Below, in pieces: positions 24,601 through 38,197 of a stretch of DNA of 64,000 nt (positions are counted from its first letter, which is position 1; each line of letters starts with the position of its first letter). Source of the stretch: Eledone cirrhosa (lineage: Eukaryota). Both the position numbers and the translations under genes were made by a program. The notes beneath the pieces were generated by a model that did no database searches, was not told the DNA's origin, and was given only the letters and a program-made list of their open reading frames with translations. The DNA lies in assembly GCA_964016885.1 (NCBI GenBank), contig OZ024740.1, positions 398,598,001 to 398,662,000 of the forward strand, in the 5' to 3' direction.

Positions 24601-25394
24601 TCATCAAAATTGTTTATAGGTCATTGCAATACTGTAATACACACTAAAAACTATAAATTATTAAAACATACTGCTGCAATTAAGTAGACATACCTCAATG
24701 AATTCTATATTTAAAGGTTCTAAAGGAATATCGTTGTCTTCTTCGTGTTTTACTGGTTCTGTTGTAAGTGCTCTACTGCATCCATAAATTAACATCTAAC
24801 TTGAAATTATTTAATACTAGTGGACCGGTGCCGTCAACAATGACTTCAATAACATTTAATGTATTTAATTTTTGGAGTTCAGGATTGATATGCCATATAT
24901 ACCAGAATTATTGGATATATGAACAATCATACAAACTGAAAAATTTGAGTTTTGATAAATGTTTGGTTTGTATAAGAGAAACCCTATAGTTTATGATGAT
25001 TACTGACACGTGGAAGAGATTAAAGATTTTAAAAAGAGATATTTTTATTTCTAGGATATAATTACATAATTCTAGGATATAATTACATAAATGTTCAGCA
25101 TCTATTTACAAATAGCATACAGGATAAAATGTATGACTAACTCTGGAGAAATAACCATTTATAGGATTAGAGAGCGAACTTCTTATGGTAGCAACATGAC
25201 TGATATAAGAAATGCATTGTGTGTATGTGTGTATATTCATGTGCGTGTCATTTTTAAAGAGTTTACAGACGAATATATATATAAATAAGCAAACATACGT
25301 ATCATATTAATATGGTTGTCTCTATCGACGACATACAAATATTTGTGGCAGATTGGACTATGAATGTGATGTACCTAGATTCTAATGCATGCAT

Positions 25395-25905
25395 GATCCC
25401 GTAACTCATGCAGGACTCGTAGGAGTGCCTGTATTGACATACAGCGTTTCTAGAGCATTTCTTTTTTAACCTGGGGAAGCCCGTCTCCTCTCCATGTCTG
25501 AATACAACAAATTTCTTCCAGAGAAGGATAGAAAGTGGAAGAGTAGTGAGAAAGAGATTTAGAGGGAGAATTGACCCCAGTACTTGACTGGTACTTTTTT
25601 ATTGACCTCAAATTGATGAAAGGCAAAGTTGACCTCGGCAGGATATGAACTAAAAGAGTAGCTAGCCGGAACGAATATCACAGACCTGCCAACCTCTAAA
25701 AGCCCAAAGAAAAGTGCCCCAAAACGGGGAGAAATGAGGCAAAATGGGGAGATTTTACATAATGAAAGCTATACCAATTTTCACAAGAGAAGACATCTCT
25801 CACGCACCCCAAAGTGGGTGGGAGATCTCCCCGTCGGAGAGGGAGAGTTGATAGGTCTGATATCACAAAGCACTCTATCCAACGTTTTAACGACTATGCT
25901 ACCTT
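25395..25905 (-). mobile_element. SINE family A (long form) interrupted by a MITE
   Basis: Removing 25681-25865 restores the SINE consensus seen at ~42496-42527. Confidence 0.75.
25681..25859. mobile_element. hAT-like MITE with 6-bp TSD ATATCA
   Basis: TIR CAGACCTGCCAAC / GTTGATAGGTCTG. ATATCA at 25675-80 and 25860-65. Confidence 0.88.
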
Positions 25906-26204
25906 CTAGATTCTAATAGTAGCATCTAAAGGATTAAGTAGCATCAGTCCGTTACCTTTGTTTTTACAACTGTTACGTGTGAAAATATTCTTTCAACAAT
26001 AGCATTAATTACCAAACAATTAATGACAAATATTAATTGTTTTAGAAGTGTGTAATGATATACTACTATTGAACTTCTTCGGTAGTATTTTAGCTAACCT
26101 AACACGAGTAAATCAATGGAAGGATAAAGCAATGGAAGATTTTTTAAAAGAATTAATTAATCCACATAATTAAGAGTTAATTGGTCGATAGATTCCATAT
26201 CAAT

Positions 26205-26760
26205 TTCTTCTTCTTCTTCTTCTTCTTCTTGAGACCACTTATTCCTGGGAGGGCTGTGGGGGCAGAGTCCTCAAACACGCCTTTCGGCAGATCTTGTCAG
26301 AAGCAAACATCTCCAATTTATCCACCTGGACGCCTACACGAAACCAACCGATGTCATGGGTTTTAACCAACCATCTTGCTCGGGGTCTACACCTGGGTCT
26401 CCTACCGGTTGGTTTTGCCCGTAAAAAATATCCAGTGATTCTTTAATGACACATTCTAATCATATGTCCGTGATATGGGAGCTGTGATCTCTGAATTCGG
26501 AGAAGTAGCGGCTCTACTTGGAGCAGCTTTCTGATCTCCGAGCTACACACTCTATCGAGTAACATTCCTCCGAAGATTCTTCGGAGGAACCACATTTCAG
26601 CCACTTGTATTTGCGATCGTATTCTTTCGGTCATTATTCAAGATTCATGACCATAGGTAATGGTTGACACGAATACCGAATTGAAGATAGCGCGTTTGGC
26701 TTTTACACCTACCTCCCATCTAATTATTGAATGCTGAAGCTAGCATTACTGCAAATGTGA
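26205..26760 (-). mobile_element. 5'-truncated RTE-type LINE, same family as 15310-15755
   Basis: MTERIRSQIQVAEMWFLRRIFGG..YHGHMIRM, with a (CTT)n tail. Confidence 0.8.
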
Positions 26761-26819
26761 ACATAAGATGACTAAAAAGTCAATCATGTGCTCTATAACC
26801 TTCTTTGAACCACACGAAC

Positions 26820-27038
26820 CAATGAGATAGCCGCTGCGTGGTCTCTCGACCTGCTTGAAATAGTAGCTAAATCTCCCTCGTATCTTCCTCGGGACTTACA
26901 AAAATGGGAAAGTCACATTAGATAAGGCACTCTAAAATACTCTATGCCTAAAAAAATGATAGTCAAGGCTGAATTGTTGTGATCATAGGTCTGTTCGATC
27001 AGGATTGAGCTAAAGTTAAACAAAAATAACAACAACAA
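26820..27038 (+). mobile_element. SINE-like family B
   Basis: TCGACCTGCTTGAAATAGTAGCTAAATCTCCCTC...GATCATAGGTCTG..(CAA)n. Confidence 0.65.
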
Positions 27039-27568
27039 TCTGTTTAGACTCGCAGAAAGAAAAAAAGAAAGAAAAAAACATTCCTTGCCATTTGCTGCCT
27101 GAAATCAGCAGAGCACACATTTATCCAATTGCTTCACGCTACATTCTCTATATAAGTCAGTTGACAGCTAGTAATACTATCGGTTCGGTTGATACTAAAA
27201 GAGGATAAAGAATGACCAGCTTCGCCGTCGCAAATCTAATTGTTTTTATCCATTCTGTTGAAGTGATTCTCAGCTACTCTTTATATCACTGCCGTATTCA
27301 ATTATGTACTGGAGAGACTACAACAGACACGGAAACAAGCGGAGTAGTTGAAACATCATACCATTAATAATTATTTCTCGGGTGATTAAACAAAAGAATG
27401 GAAAACTCTACATGGTCGGTCGACCTGCTAAAAAAAGAGAAGACAAGACATGTTAGACAATGTAATTCCTGACATAAAACAGAGAAGCGTAGCCATGGCT
27501 GAAGCGTCGTTAATCAAGGCAAAGCTAGGGGAAAACAACGGCTAAAGAATGCTACCCATTTTAATGTA

Positions 27569-27715
<147 letters not shown>

Positions 27716-27809
27716 AGTATTTCCGTAGAAAAGGTGAAGGAAAAAAGAGTACTCTATGTATTGTACAGAGCTATTTAATTACATAATACGGTAATGAGAT
27801 AATTATATT

Positions 27810-29108
27810 GTGTTGGAAGCGGCCGAACAAGCTCTGGTATTTTGCTTGTTTTCCTGTACTCTGCATTGCAAGTCACGGTACCAGGGTTTGTGGCCGATGC
27901 GACTTAGTTGGAGGCGAAGAACATGTCACAGCATGATGTGTCACAGATGAGGGATTTACCTCATTCAAAAGGGAAAACGGTAATTCCGTCGGGACGCTTG
28001 CCGTCACCACAGTCGAGGCCTACTGACTCTAGTTGTGACGGGAAACCGGCTGCGCCGAGGATCCTTCTCACTATGTCGTTGAGAGCGGCATGTCGGGCCA
28101 ACCGGCCTGCGCTCTGGCGGCATTATAATGGGTGCAGACAAAACTCATCAACGACAGCTCCACAACAGCATTTATGTGGCGCACACACGCGGAGGCCGAG
28201 GCGTTGGACCACTCCGATGCGAGTACACACGACATCAAGAATGGTACCGGTTGATGAGGAGGGCATCGAATTGAGTCATGCGCCGTTGTTTGACTGCCAA
28301 GCGGAACGGAGGCAGGCGAGGCGATGTTAGTCCAAGCCAGGCTCGATCCGCCTGAAGAAAGACCTCCACTTGATTTTCTCCCAGTTACATTGGACATTTG
28401 TGTACTGGGGAACAGGGAGACCTCACTGGTCCAGTCGGCCAGAACCTGCTCCAGTTCTTGGGTCGGATCAGCTTCTACCGTCTTGCTGATGACCTCACTG
28501 ATGAGGGTTTGATTGGAGGATATTGAGGAGAGGTAGGCCGGTAGTGCCAGATCTGATGCAGATCGGAGGCCGAGGCCACAAATCTCTCAGGGAGTATCGC
28601 CTGTTGCCAATCGGTGCTGTCGAAACTAACATTGCAGATGAGTTCCACACAGCGTCGGCTGGTGGCATCGAGTTCACCGAGGCGATCGGCAAGAGGGCGA
28701 CAAGGTACCCTGCGCAGCGTGAACAAGAATTTAGGAAAGGTGAACGTCAATGAGGTGCAACCTCTCCGTGATCCTCAACAGGTCTGTGTGCTTGGTCTTC
28801 AGGCAGCCTCGTAAGCAATACCCGGCACTCTCGTATGGCTTTCGAAAGCCCCAGACAAGACGTGATGGGTGCTGTGTACGGCGTCGTAAAATTCGACTTC
28901 ACCATAGCTAACGTTTATCATTTCGGGCTTGGATGGGTTGATCTCGAGTCCGAGGAGCTTTAGAGTTGGGATGATTAGCCGAAAGTCCAACTCAGCGGAG
29001 CCACCCAGTGTGGCGTCGTCCCGGTACCAGACGTTGAAAGGCGTCTGGGAAAAGCGGGCAACGTCGTCGGCTGGAAGCGCAAAGAGAAGCGGATCGAGTG
29101 GGTCTCTA
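27810..29108 (-). mobile_element. Decayed CRE-clade non-LTR retrotransposon (RT C-terminal part, zinc finger region, RLE)
   Basis: Minus frames: [80 protein letters not shown]. Several frameshifts. Confidence 0.82.
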
Positions 29109-29199
29109 ACTTTTATTTCGTATTTTTGCTATATAAGCGTTAGCCAAAGCAAGCTGAAGCCATACGTAAATATTTGTAACAATGTATGCGATCTTTTTA

Positions 29200-29530
29200 C
29201 GGCAACGTATTGGTAGAGTCGTTAGAAGGTCGGATAGAATGCTTTCCTATATTCGTTCATGCTCTCTGCTCTCTGTGTTCGAATCCCTCCGAGGTTGAGG
29301 TCAATTTTGCCTTTCGTCCTTTCGAGGTTGATAAAAAAAGTACCAGTCTAGTACTGGTGTCGATTCTTCCTCTATATCTCCTTCTCACTTCTCTTCTATT
29401 ATATTTTCTATCCTTCTGAAAGAAATCTTGTGTTCAGACCTGGAGAGGAGATGGGCTCTGCCAGGCTTAAAAGTGCCCAAGAAATGCCGTATGTCAATAC
29501 GGCACCCCAGTGACTCCAACAGGAGACCAT
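29200..29530 (+). mobile_element. SINE family A (long form)
   Basis: Family A head and centre plus tail GCCGTATGTCAATACGGC..GACCATA. Confidence 0.8.
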
Positions 29531-29986
29531 ATATATATATACATGTAATAGTTTTAATATGTTGAAAAGAGAAATACTGAAGGCATGCATATTTACAAGA
29601 TTAATTATGATTGGCGCGAGAGAACAAAGTGAACGAAAATTCATGGATGACTGGTATAACAAACAATAAATGAACTCGTAAAGAAATATTTCCATAGATG
29701 TACACTCAGAAAAAATTCGTGGCATCAACAATTATTCAGAATTAAACGAAAAACGACGAGGGATTGGTCCTGCGCATAAGCTCTTATTCGGATTCGGACC
29801 CGATTTTGATTATTTTCGTATATCATTGCGCATGTGTAACTATGACAGTGAATTTTTCGTTAATTTTATGTCGATATATAATAAATATATAATATAAAGC
29901 CGTCCCAATGTGACAATAGTCAATCTAAATGAATAATAGTTGAAACGTTTAGATAACGTACCCTGGAAACGGAAAAACGTGGACAG

Positions 29987-30050
29987 AGGCGTTGTGAGGA
30001 ATCGAACCCTGCCTCTCGGATGTCGGGCATGTACGTACCAGCATAGTTAG
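29987..30050 (-). pseudogene. tRNA-like remnant (SINE head or tRNA pseudogene)
   Basis: B-box GGTTCGATTCC on the minus strand. No intact cloverleaf. Confidence 0.4.
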
Positions 30051-30396
30051 TAGTAAGTCAGTGGCAAGGAAGCTGTATTGTCTATATGAAGAGGCAGATG
30101 ACTGAGTGTGGTTGAAGTGCCGATGGAAGACTTGCTGTCTGGCCCTTGTCGCGAGGGCCGAAGTTTGTTTTGTTTTTTGTTTTGTTTTTTTCTTAAGTGC
30201 TACATCTCACTACTTGCTTGAGCAGGTCGAAGTGATCCTTCTATTCCAGGGAACCAGAGTCTCAAAGAAAAACTTATCTCATTGAACCTCAAGTTGGCTA
30301 GCCTATCCAGACCACTGACACTAACCCGAGATAAAGAGAAACAGCAGCCAGATGTCAGCATGTGCGAAGAGATTTCACTACACACACACATATATA

Positions 30397-30475
30397 CAGC
30401 GTGTTCCACAAAAATGTATACATACTTTGATTAGAATGCTGTTGCAGTGTGTATATATTTTGGGGGGACACCCTG
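30397..30475. mobile_element. Solo Tc1/mariner-type MITE related to the 1-4443 satellite monomer
   Basis: TA-CAGCGTGTTCCACAAAAATGTATACATACT..AGTGTGTATATATTTTGGGGGACACCCTG-TA: ~30-bp TIRs with TA flanks. Confidence 0.82.
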
Positions 30476-30476
30476 T

Positions 30477-30537
<61 letters not shown>

Positions 30538-30809
30538 GGGTAATGACCCAGAAACATGTTGATTGTTCCTCAAAGCCAGTGCTGGACAAACAGGTGACGA
30601 TCGGTCACTGGCACAGATTCAAATCGGGCCGTTTGTTTACAAACAAATTGAGCTTTATTATTATTGTTGACTTTGCCTTTCATCCTTACGGAGTCGATAA
30701 AATAAAGTACCAGTAATGCACTGGGTAATTTGCTGGCCTTGTGCCTAAAGTAGAAACATTATTAAAAATTATTAATGTTCGATATAACCCATACGTACAT
30801 ATGTATATG

Positions 30810-30888
<79 letters not shown>

Positions 30889-31214
30889 ATACTTACACTC
30901 ATATATATGTATATGTGAATGAGTATCGGAAGGTGACCACTGTTATAAAAAGGTATTCAATACGTTAGTAGAGTGTAGTCATGTTTATTTTATATAGAAG
31001 TGACTTCTGCGTGTCGAGCATAAGTCCTTCTTCAAGAAAAGGAGAGTTCGGAGAGAGAAAAGGTTGGAACAACGGAGTTTGGAAAAAATAAATTTTAAGA
31101 AGGCTTGGGAGGGTAGATGTGCAGGGGTGGGAGCCGAAGTGGAGAGTCCAGGTGTGTCATGGATGCTGTTATGTATGTGCAGATGAAGTGCATTTTGTGG
31201 GTGTACATTATTGC

Positions 31215-31273
<59 letters not shown>

Positions 31274-31312
31274 CCTCTCCCTCTCTCTCTCTATATATAT
31301 ATATACTTAGTC

Positions 31313-31634
31313 AGCGAAATGGCAGAGTCGTTAGAACGTCAGATAGAATGTTTATGGTATTTGTTCCGGCTCTCTGCTCTCTCAGTTCAATTCCCGCCGA
31401 GGTCAACTTTTCCTTTCATCCTTTCGAAGTCGATAAAAAAAGTACCAGTTTAGTGCTGGAGTCGATTCTTCCTCTATATCTTTATCATTTCCTCTCTCTC
31501 ATTTTCTATCTTTCTCTGGAAGAAATCTGCAGTACTCAGACCTGGAGAGGGAGGGCTTTAAATTCCCAAGAATTGCCGTATGTCAATACGGCGCCCCTAC
31601 GACTCTATCAGGAGTTACGGGACCATACCATACC

Positions 31635-31636
<2 letters not shown>
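31313..31636 (+). mobile_element. SINE family A (long form) with (CCATA)n tail, tail re-duplicated out to ~31780
   Basis: Full head, centre and tail. GGACCATACCATACC repeats between (TA)n runs. Confidence 0.85.
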
Positions 31637-31703
<67 letters not shown>

Positions 31704-31775
31704 GACCATACAGGACCATACCATACCATATATATATATATACAGAGACCATACGGGACCATACCATACCATACC

Positions 31776-31812
<37 letters not shown>

Positions 31813-31997
31813 TAAAATACCGTAAACTCTTGGTAGATTTATCTACATATATATATATATATATATAGTATAGCAAAATACGTATAGTTAGCACCCCAAA
31901 CGTATAATTGGGATTATACTTAGGTATATCCTAATGTTTGTTGAGTGAGACGGAAGTCGGTCGGAGTATTGCTTAAAGCTTTCTCTGTTAATGTATT

Positions 31998-32037
<40 letters not shown>

Positions 32038-32370
32038 GAGAGAGGGGGGGGTACACATACATATTTATACATCAGCACAAACACATATGTGAGTAGTGTC
32101 CATAAATAATCAATTATTCAGAACTTTATAAAATTACAAGTGTGAAGAACGCTACGAGAAAAATTAGGTAAATTTTGTCTGTTTGATCTTCATATATTAT
32201 GTGCGTGGGGGGGGGGGGGTCGCCTCAAGTGGAACAAACCGTCCAACCCATGCTACCGTGGAAGACGGACGTTGAACGATAATGATGATGATATATGTGC
32301 AAGAAATTGTCTAGTAATGTTTTTGTTTTTGTTTTCTTCTGGTTTGTTTCTTTCAAAATGTCAATTGGCA

Positions 32371-32574
32371 TTAGAGTTAGGGATATGTTTGGTGCAAGGT
32401 TAGAGTTAGAATTATGATTATGATTAGGGCTATGATTATAATTAGGTTAGATTTAGGGTTGAGGTTAGAGTTAGGTTTGGGTAAGGATTAGGGTTATGGT
32501 TTGGGTTAGTGTTAGAGTTAAGGTCAGAGTTGGGGTTACTATTAGAGTTGCTTTGGGATTTAGGGTTAGGGTTA
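32371..32574 (+). repeat. Degenerate telomere-like (TTAGGG/TTAGAG) hexamer tract
   Basis: 6-bp periodicity with TTAGGG, TTAGAG and TTTGGG variants. Confidence 0.7.
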
Positions 32575-32842
32575 AATTTGTGGTAAAGAATCGTAATTTC
32601 CTATGTAATTTTGAAGTATGTTTTTTGCAGAATCATAATCTCCTGTATTTCATATGTAGGAATTCAAAGAAATTATGCTCAGTTTTTCTCTACCTAAATA
32701 GTAACCCAATGAAAAATCGAATGCACAGGAAATAACAATTCATTCAATAGTTTCTCTCGATAGAAACAAATATATATTATTTTCTCTCTAATACTAGAAT
32801 GTTATACTCCCGGAGTCATCTTCCATTCATGCCAAATGTAAA

Positions 32843-33027
32843 TAATTGTTTCTACTTTTGGCATAAGGCCAGCAATTATCCCAGTGTATTACTGGTACTT
32901 TATTTTATCGACCCTGTAAGGATGAAAGGTAAAGTTTAACTCGGCGGGATTTGAACTCAGATCATAAAGGGGCGTAACTCTATGCTGCAAAGCATGGCGT
33001 CCGACCCTCTACCGATACTGCCAATCC
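32843..33027 (-). mobile_element. SINE family A (short form)
   Basis: Reverse complement of the consensus. Confidence 0.88.
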
Positions 33028-34064
33028 AAATCATGTCTTCTAACGTTAGCCTAAAGCCACTAATTTAGAAAGAAGATACGTTCAAGTAAATCACCCCTTG
33101 CACATAAAAAGATGAAAGGCATAAACAACCCCAATAGGATTTAAATTCAGAACCCAAACGCAGCTAAATACTACAATATATTTTATTCAGTGTGTCAGAA
33201 TAACTGCTTTAACTATTAAAATTAATCTTTATAACAAATTTCGATTTAAACTTCTTCAAGGGACACAACTCTTGGACATTGTAGTTTGGGAAGAGTTATT
33301 TCCCTGAAAGAAAATAATTTTACGATCATTGCCTTAATTCAGTATATTTTATTCAAACAGTCAGGTGTATCTGACTTTTATTTGAGTTTATCATTAGATG
33401 AAACATATAAACCCTTTCATTCATATTCTTCTTCGATAAAATTAGAGGCAATAAGATGGTAACTAGCATAGAGTTTCTTTCATTTTAGTTTTAGTTAAAA
33501 TTTTTAACAGGTCGATATTTTTCATCTTTCTCATTTTAATTGAAGAAGGATAGAATAAAATATTTTTTCCTTGTACTGAGGCCTCTAGGTACTTATTTTT
33601 ACTACCTCTATGTTCTAATAACAGGATCTATATTACTAAAATAATGGTTTCTGATTTAGGCAAAAAGCCAACAATTTTGGGGAGGGGGAATTTGATTAAA
33701 TTGACACCAGTGCGTTACTAATACTTTATTCTATTGACTCCGGAATCTGAACTCAGAACGTAAAGAACTATAACTATATACCGTAAAACCGACGCTCAAC
33801 AGATACTACCAATCCACTGCATATAATAGTTAATATAAAGGTGATTAATAAACAGAATTGTTATAACGTCGGAGAAAATATCTGCAGTGTTTTACGGCGC
33901 TTTATATTATGTATTCAAATACTATCAAAGTCAACAAATCCTATCATTTTTCCAGGATCAAAACAACATCAATTACGTACAGTTGGTGGATGTATATTCC
34001 TATAAAACATTTTAAATGTTAATGGAATTCTTTTTAAAAACAAAAAAAAATTATTTATACATTA

Positions 34065-34279
34065 CAGACCTGTCAACTCTCCCCGTCTTACGGGGGGGGG
34101 GGGGTCTCCAATCTACTTTGGGTGGGTGAGATATGTCTTCTCTTGTGAAAATAGGTATAGCTTTTATTATGTAAAATCTCCCCAATTTGCCTCATTTCTC
34201 CCCGCTTTCCCGTTTTGGGGGCACTTTATTTTGCCAACCTCTAAAATCCCGTTTGGGTTTTTAGAGGTTGGCAGGTCTG
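34065..34279. mobile_element. hAT-like MITE with 6-bp TSD ACATTA
   Basis: TIR CAGACCTGTCAAC / GTTGGCAGGTCTG. ACATTA at 34059-64 and 34280-85. Confidence 0.88.
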
Positions 34280-36665
34280 ACATTATATAAGAGAAAGAGA
34301 GAGTAAGGTGCTTTTTACTCATTGATGAAAAGCATACCCCATAACCATTTTGGCGGTCTGGATGTATTGAGTCCAGAGAAAGACAGCCTGGAAAAGCATA
34401 TTTCTATCCAAGCTATGAATATGTGTACTCAATGTTTCAAGATTTAAAAAAACAAAAAATTTAACGAATGCCAAGTAGACTGGGCGATTTTGTTACAGCC
34501 GACCACTGATAGTGGTGAAATATGAAACATCTAGATTTCACCCAATTGCCCTATATCCCATTTGTCTTAACCAGTTGCAACTTTTAATCTTTATTTTCAT
34601 TTCATTTATTTATTTATTTTTGTAGCAGTTACTGTTACTATGTAGCAGTTATTTTCTTCATAGACGTTCTGGTATTTTTTTATCTCCAGCCAAGCAGTTA
34701 CCCGACAATGACCATGCGCTCTCTTGAAGTGACACTATGCAGTAATGTGGGAGTTTCGACATGCTTTACATACTGCATGACTAAAAACTGGGGTTTCTGT
34801 GTCGCATCGTTGAAGTAGAAATTATAGCGAAATAGCCTCGGTCCTCAAACACTCCTTCCAGCGGTTCCTGTCGGAAGACATCACATTCGATGATTTGGAC
34901 GTTTATCCTGTTATTAGATGTTGAAACAAGAATTGAATTTAGTTTCTTTTAGAGTTATCTCAACTGTGACGAGAGGGGACAAACTTGGCGGACTGAGCGC
35001 ATGATGTTGAACAGTTCCGAGAGGTGACCTTTCACTCCAGCCACAGAGCAGATGTTGCTGTGCATAGCAGTGATCCATCCTCTGAAAACGGACCAAAGCC
35101 AGCTGCTTTGAGGACCGCCGCCAGGTACTGATGGTCGATCCTACTGAATGCTTTCGATTGATCTAAATTGATCAATCCTATCCCTCCGCCCTCCGTGTTA
35201 GTTTCCTTAGCTACCCTCTCTATGATGTATCGCATAAGGTGGAGGTTGTCCTGTATGGATCTCTTTGGAATGGCACATACTGTGCCTGCCGTACCAGACC
35301 ACCAATAACAAGCGCCAACCTCGTCGCTAACCCCGTCGCCAAAATTTTGAATTTTGTATTCAGTAGAGTTATGAGCCTAAAATTATCAATATAATCCCCG
35401 TTGTTCAGGTCTTTTCTCAGCAGTTCCACTGCTCCCCGGCTCACAGAACTGGGAATTCTCCCGTTCTGCTGCCAGTCGCAGTAGACGTCTGCCAAGAGGT
35501 CACCGAACAAGTCTGGCATATAAACGTAAAGTTCATTGAGCAGACCATCCAAACCAGGCGAATTACCCCTCTGCTTGAGATCGAGTGATATTCGAATTGT
35601 GGCTTTGTTGCAATGCCGCGCATCCGTCATTCGGGCCCATTGAACGGCTTTCGTGCCATTGTGTCTATGAGCACGAGCCTAAGATCTGACCACACAGCCT
35701 TCGTGCTTAACATTGAAGAATTATTCCAGGGCCAATCTCGCCTCAAGAACATCGCTTGCCATGCCTTTGCTAATTACCTCTTCTAGTTTTTTAACTAGCT
35801 CCCCCTCTACTCTAGTTTTTTCTATTGCTATGGCTTTACTAAACCTTATAGATTCTACTCTAATCACCCTTTTCACAGCGTACCACCAGTTGTTGTTGGC
35901 GATTTCCCCCGTCAACGCCCGTTTAATTAAATCACCAATCAATCCGGTCTCTGTGGGCTTTGCGCTCCGAGAATGAGGCGTTCAACTTCCAATAACAGGG
36001 TCCTTGTCAATGGAGCCTATCTAGATCTACCGTACATATCACATATTTGAGGTCTGTGTATTCAACTATTTTAAATTGTGGTCAGCCTATGCTATCCTTA
36101 TCTACTTTCATTCAGAATACACTATCTAGATACGATCTAGATAGAGTATTCTAGATAAAGATGACCAGATGCGGCTAGTCCACATTGGCCTATTCGGGAA
36201 ATACAGTCGGTACCTGTATGCAGTGGCGGACTGGGTCTAAAAGTATTGGTTGCCAGGAGAGGAAGGGGACCCAGCTATATATAGAATGCTATACTTTTGT
36301 AGCTGTCTCGGCGGCCTAGTTGGAGGAATCATAGACGGTAGTGATCCTGGTCTGAAGTTCGATCATGATCGGGAGTATGGTTCCCGGTAAACCTTTTCAG
36401 TTTTTTTTTCTATGGGATGTAAAATAAAAACTGAAAAAAGATTACATGTACCTCTTGACCAGGATTGAACCCAAGGCCAGGATTTCCACCGTCCCTAGCA
36501 CCTACCGCCAGTCCACTGAGGCAACTACGGAAATCAAATGAAAATTTATACTTATAAACCTACTTTCAAAATTTTCAAAACAAAATCATGTGGTGTCGTT
36601 CTTGTCTTTCTTAATTTTATTGCTCCTACTTAAGGTCGACTTTTAAATCATTTGAGTGTTCCATA

Positions 36666-36740
<75 letters not shown>

Positions 36741-36742
<2 letters not shown>

Positions 36743-36927
36743 GCAATCGTGAGGTTGTCAGTTCGATTCCTGGACCAGGCGGTGCGTTATGTCCTTGAGC
36801 AAGACACTTTATTTCACGTTGCTCCTTCTACCTGGAGTTGCGACCGATAGATAGTATTAGCAATTGGAAAGACCAACGGAAACAATGTTTCCTCGGTCCG
36901 ATTTGATGAAAGTCGATCGATCCTTTT
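36741..36927 (+). mobile_element. tRNA-derived SINE family C
   Basis: B-box AGTTCGATTCC and GTCCTTGAGCAAGACAC hairpin. Tail shared with 12101-12237 and ~8305-8390. Confidence 0.8.
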
Positions 36928-38010
36928 ATATATATATACACCACTAATTGATTTGACAGATGTCTTTGACCCATTGATACCAAACATTATTTGGTCAGTA
37001 GTTGAGAAAGAGAAGAAAAGTCAAATATTTCAAATTATTAAGCTGAGTATGCAAATGAGGTTGAGGTATAGGGCTGAAATAAATGTTATTTTTAGACGCT
37101 AGGTAGATTTAAATAATTATTAGGATATATGTATGTATGTGCAGGAAGAAGAAAGGGAAAGAAAGAATAGCTTGTATTTACGTTAATTTAAAAAGAATTA
37201 ACAGTTTGTAGGAATATTTAGCTATATTATGAGTTATAATATTGTATATATAATCAATCAGATTGCATGAAGAATTATGGTTGTAAGTACATTTTATCTT
37301 ATTATGTTACAACAGGTTGTAAGTATATAAATATCTATATAGATTAATAATTGTGCAAGTATAAGTATTATTGGTGATTTTATAGAAATAAACCACAATT
37401 ATTAGTTGTTTACATTTCTCATATGAGTTACGAAGGATGTTGATTTTTGCATTTTACATAAAAAAAATTTAAGAAAAAGAAGTAGTTCAAGTTGTAAGAG
37501 GAGAACAATTTGTAGATTCAAATATTTTGTTCCAACATTGAAAATGTTTTCAGAATATTGTTAATTTAGCGAAGTTATATAGTTTATCATACATGTTATA
37601 ATATTTATGTTTGCTCAATTGTAAAGGAAAAGATAACTCCAATCTTATTTGCTCACCGTTAAATTTGATGAATGATTTACTCAGAAAGTATGTAGAGAAA
37701 ATTATATATTATTTTGTGTGAGATTAATTTTATTTTCGAGGATGAGAATTTCAATTACATATTATTTAAGTCGAAAGACGTGTGAAAAGTTTGAAGATAA
37801 AAAAGAGGAAAAAAGTATTGAGCATTTCGAAGAACTATGGTAAAGAGGATATCTTTCAGAATGTCAATTAAAGCTTATTAATCTGCATCTAAAAAAAATA
37901 GATTAAGAAGAGTATCATTAGGAAAAAAATATCAAATGGTAAAAATACTAAATTTAAGAAGGAAGATCATTTTTTTTCAAATTTTAATTTTTAAAGAAAT
38001 ACTCAGTAAA

Positions 38011-38197
38011 TAATTGTTTCTACTTTAGGCACAAGGCCAGCAATTACCCAGTGCATTACTGGTACTTTATTTTATCGACCCCGTAAGGATGAAAGGCAAA
38101 GTCAACCTCGGCGGGATTTGAACTCAGATCGTAAAGGGACGTAACTATGCTGGAAAGCATGGCGTCCGACCCTCTACCGATACTGCCAATCCACCTC
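38011..38197 (-). mobile_element. SINE family A (short form) inside the hAT element
   Basis: Reverse complement of the consensus. AAATACTCAGTAAATAAT is duplicated on both sides (TSD-like). Confidence 0.88.

Noticed and set aside
27120-27368. CCAAT/TATA followed by a short hydrophobic ORF (MTSFAVANLIVF..)
   Set aside because: About 51 codons, no recognisable homology, no convincing splice donor; such motifs are expected by chance in AT-rich DNA.
29987-30050. Functional tRNA gene
   Set aside because: Only a B-box is present; the D arm and acceptor stem cannot be formed.
30141-30160. GC hairpin GGCCCT-N7-AGGGCC followed by a T-rich run (terminator-like or Helitron end)
   Set aside because: Rho-independent terminators do not apply to this eukaryotic DNA, and no CTRR Helitron terminus follows.
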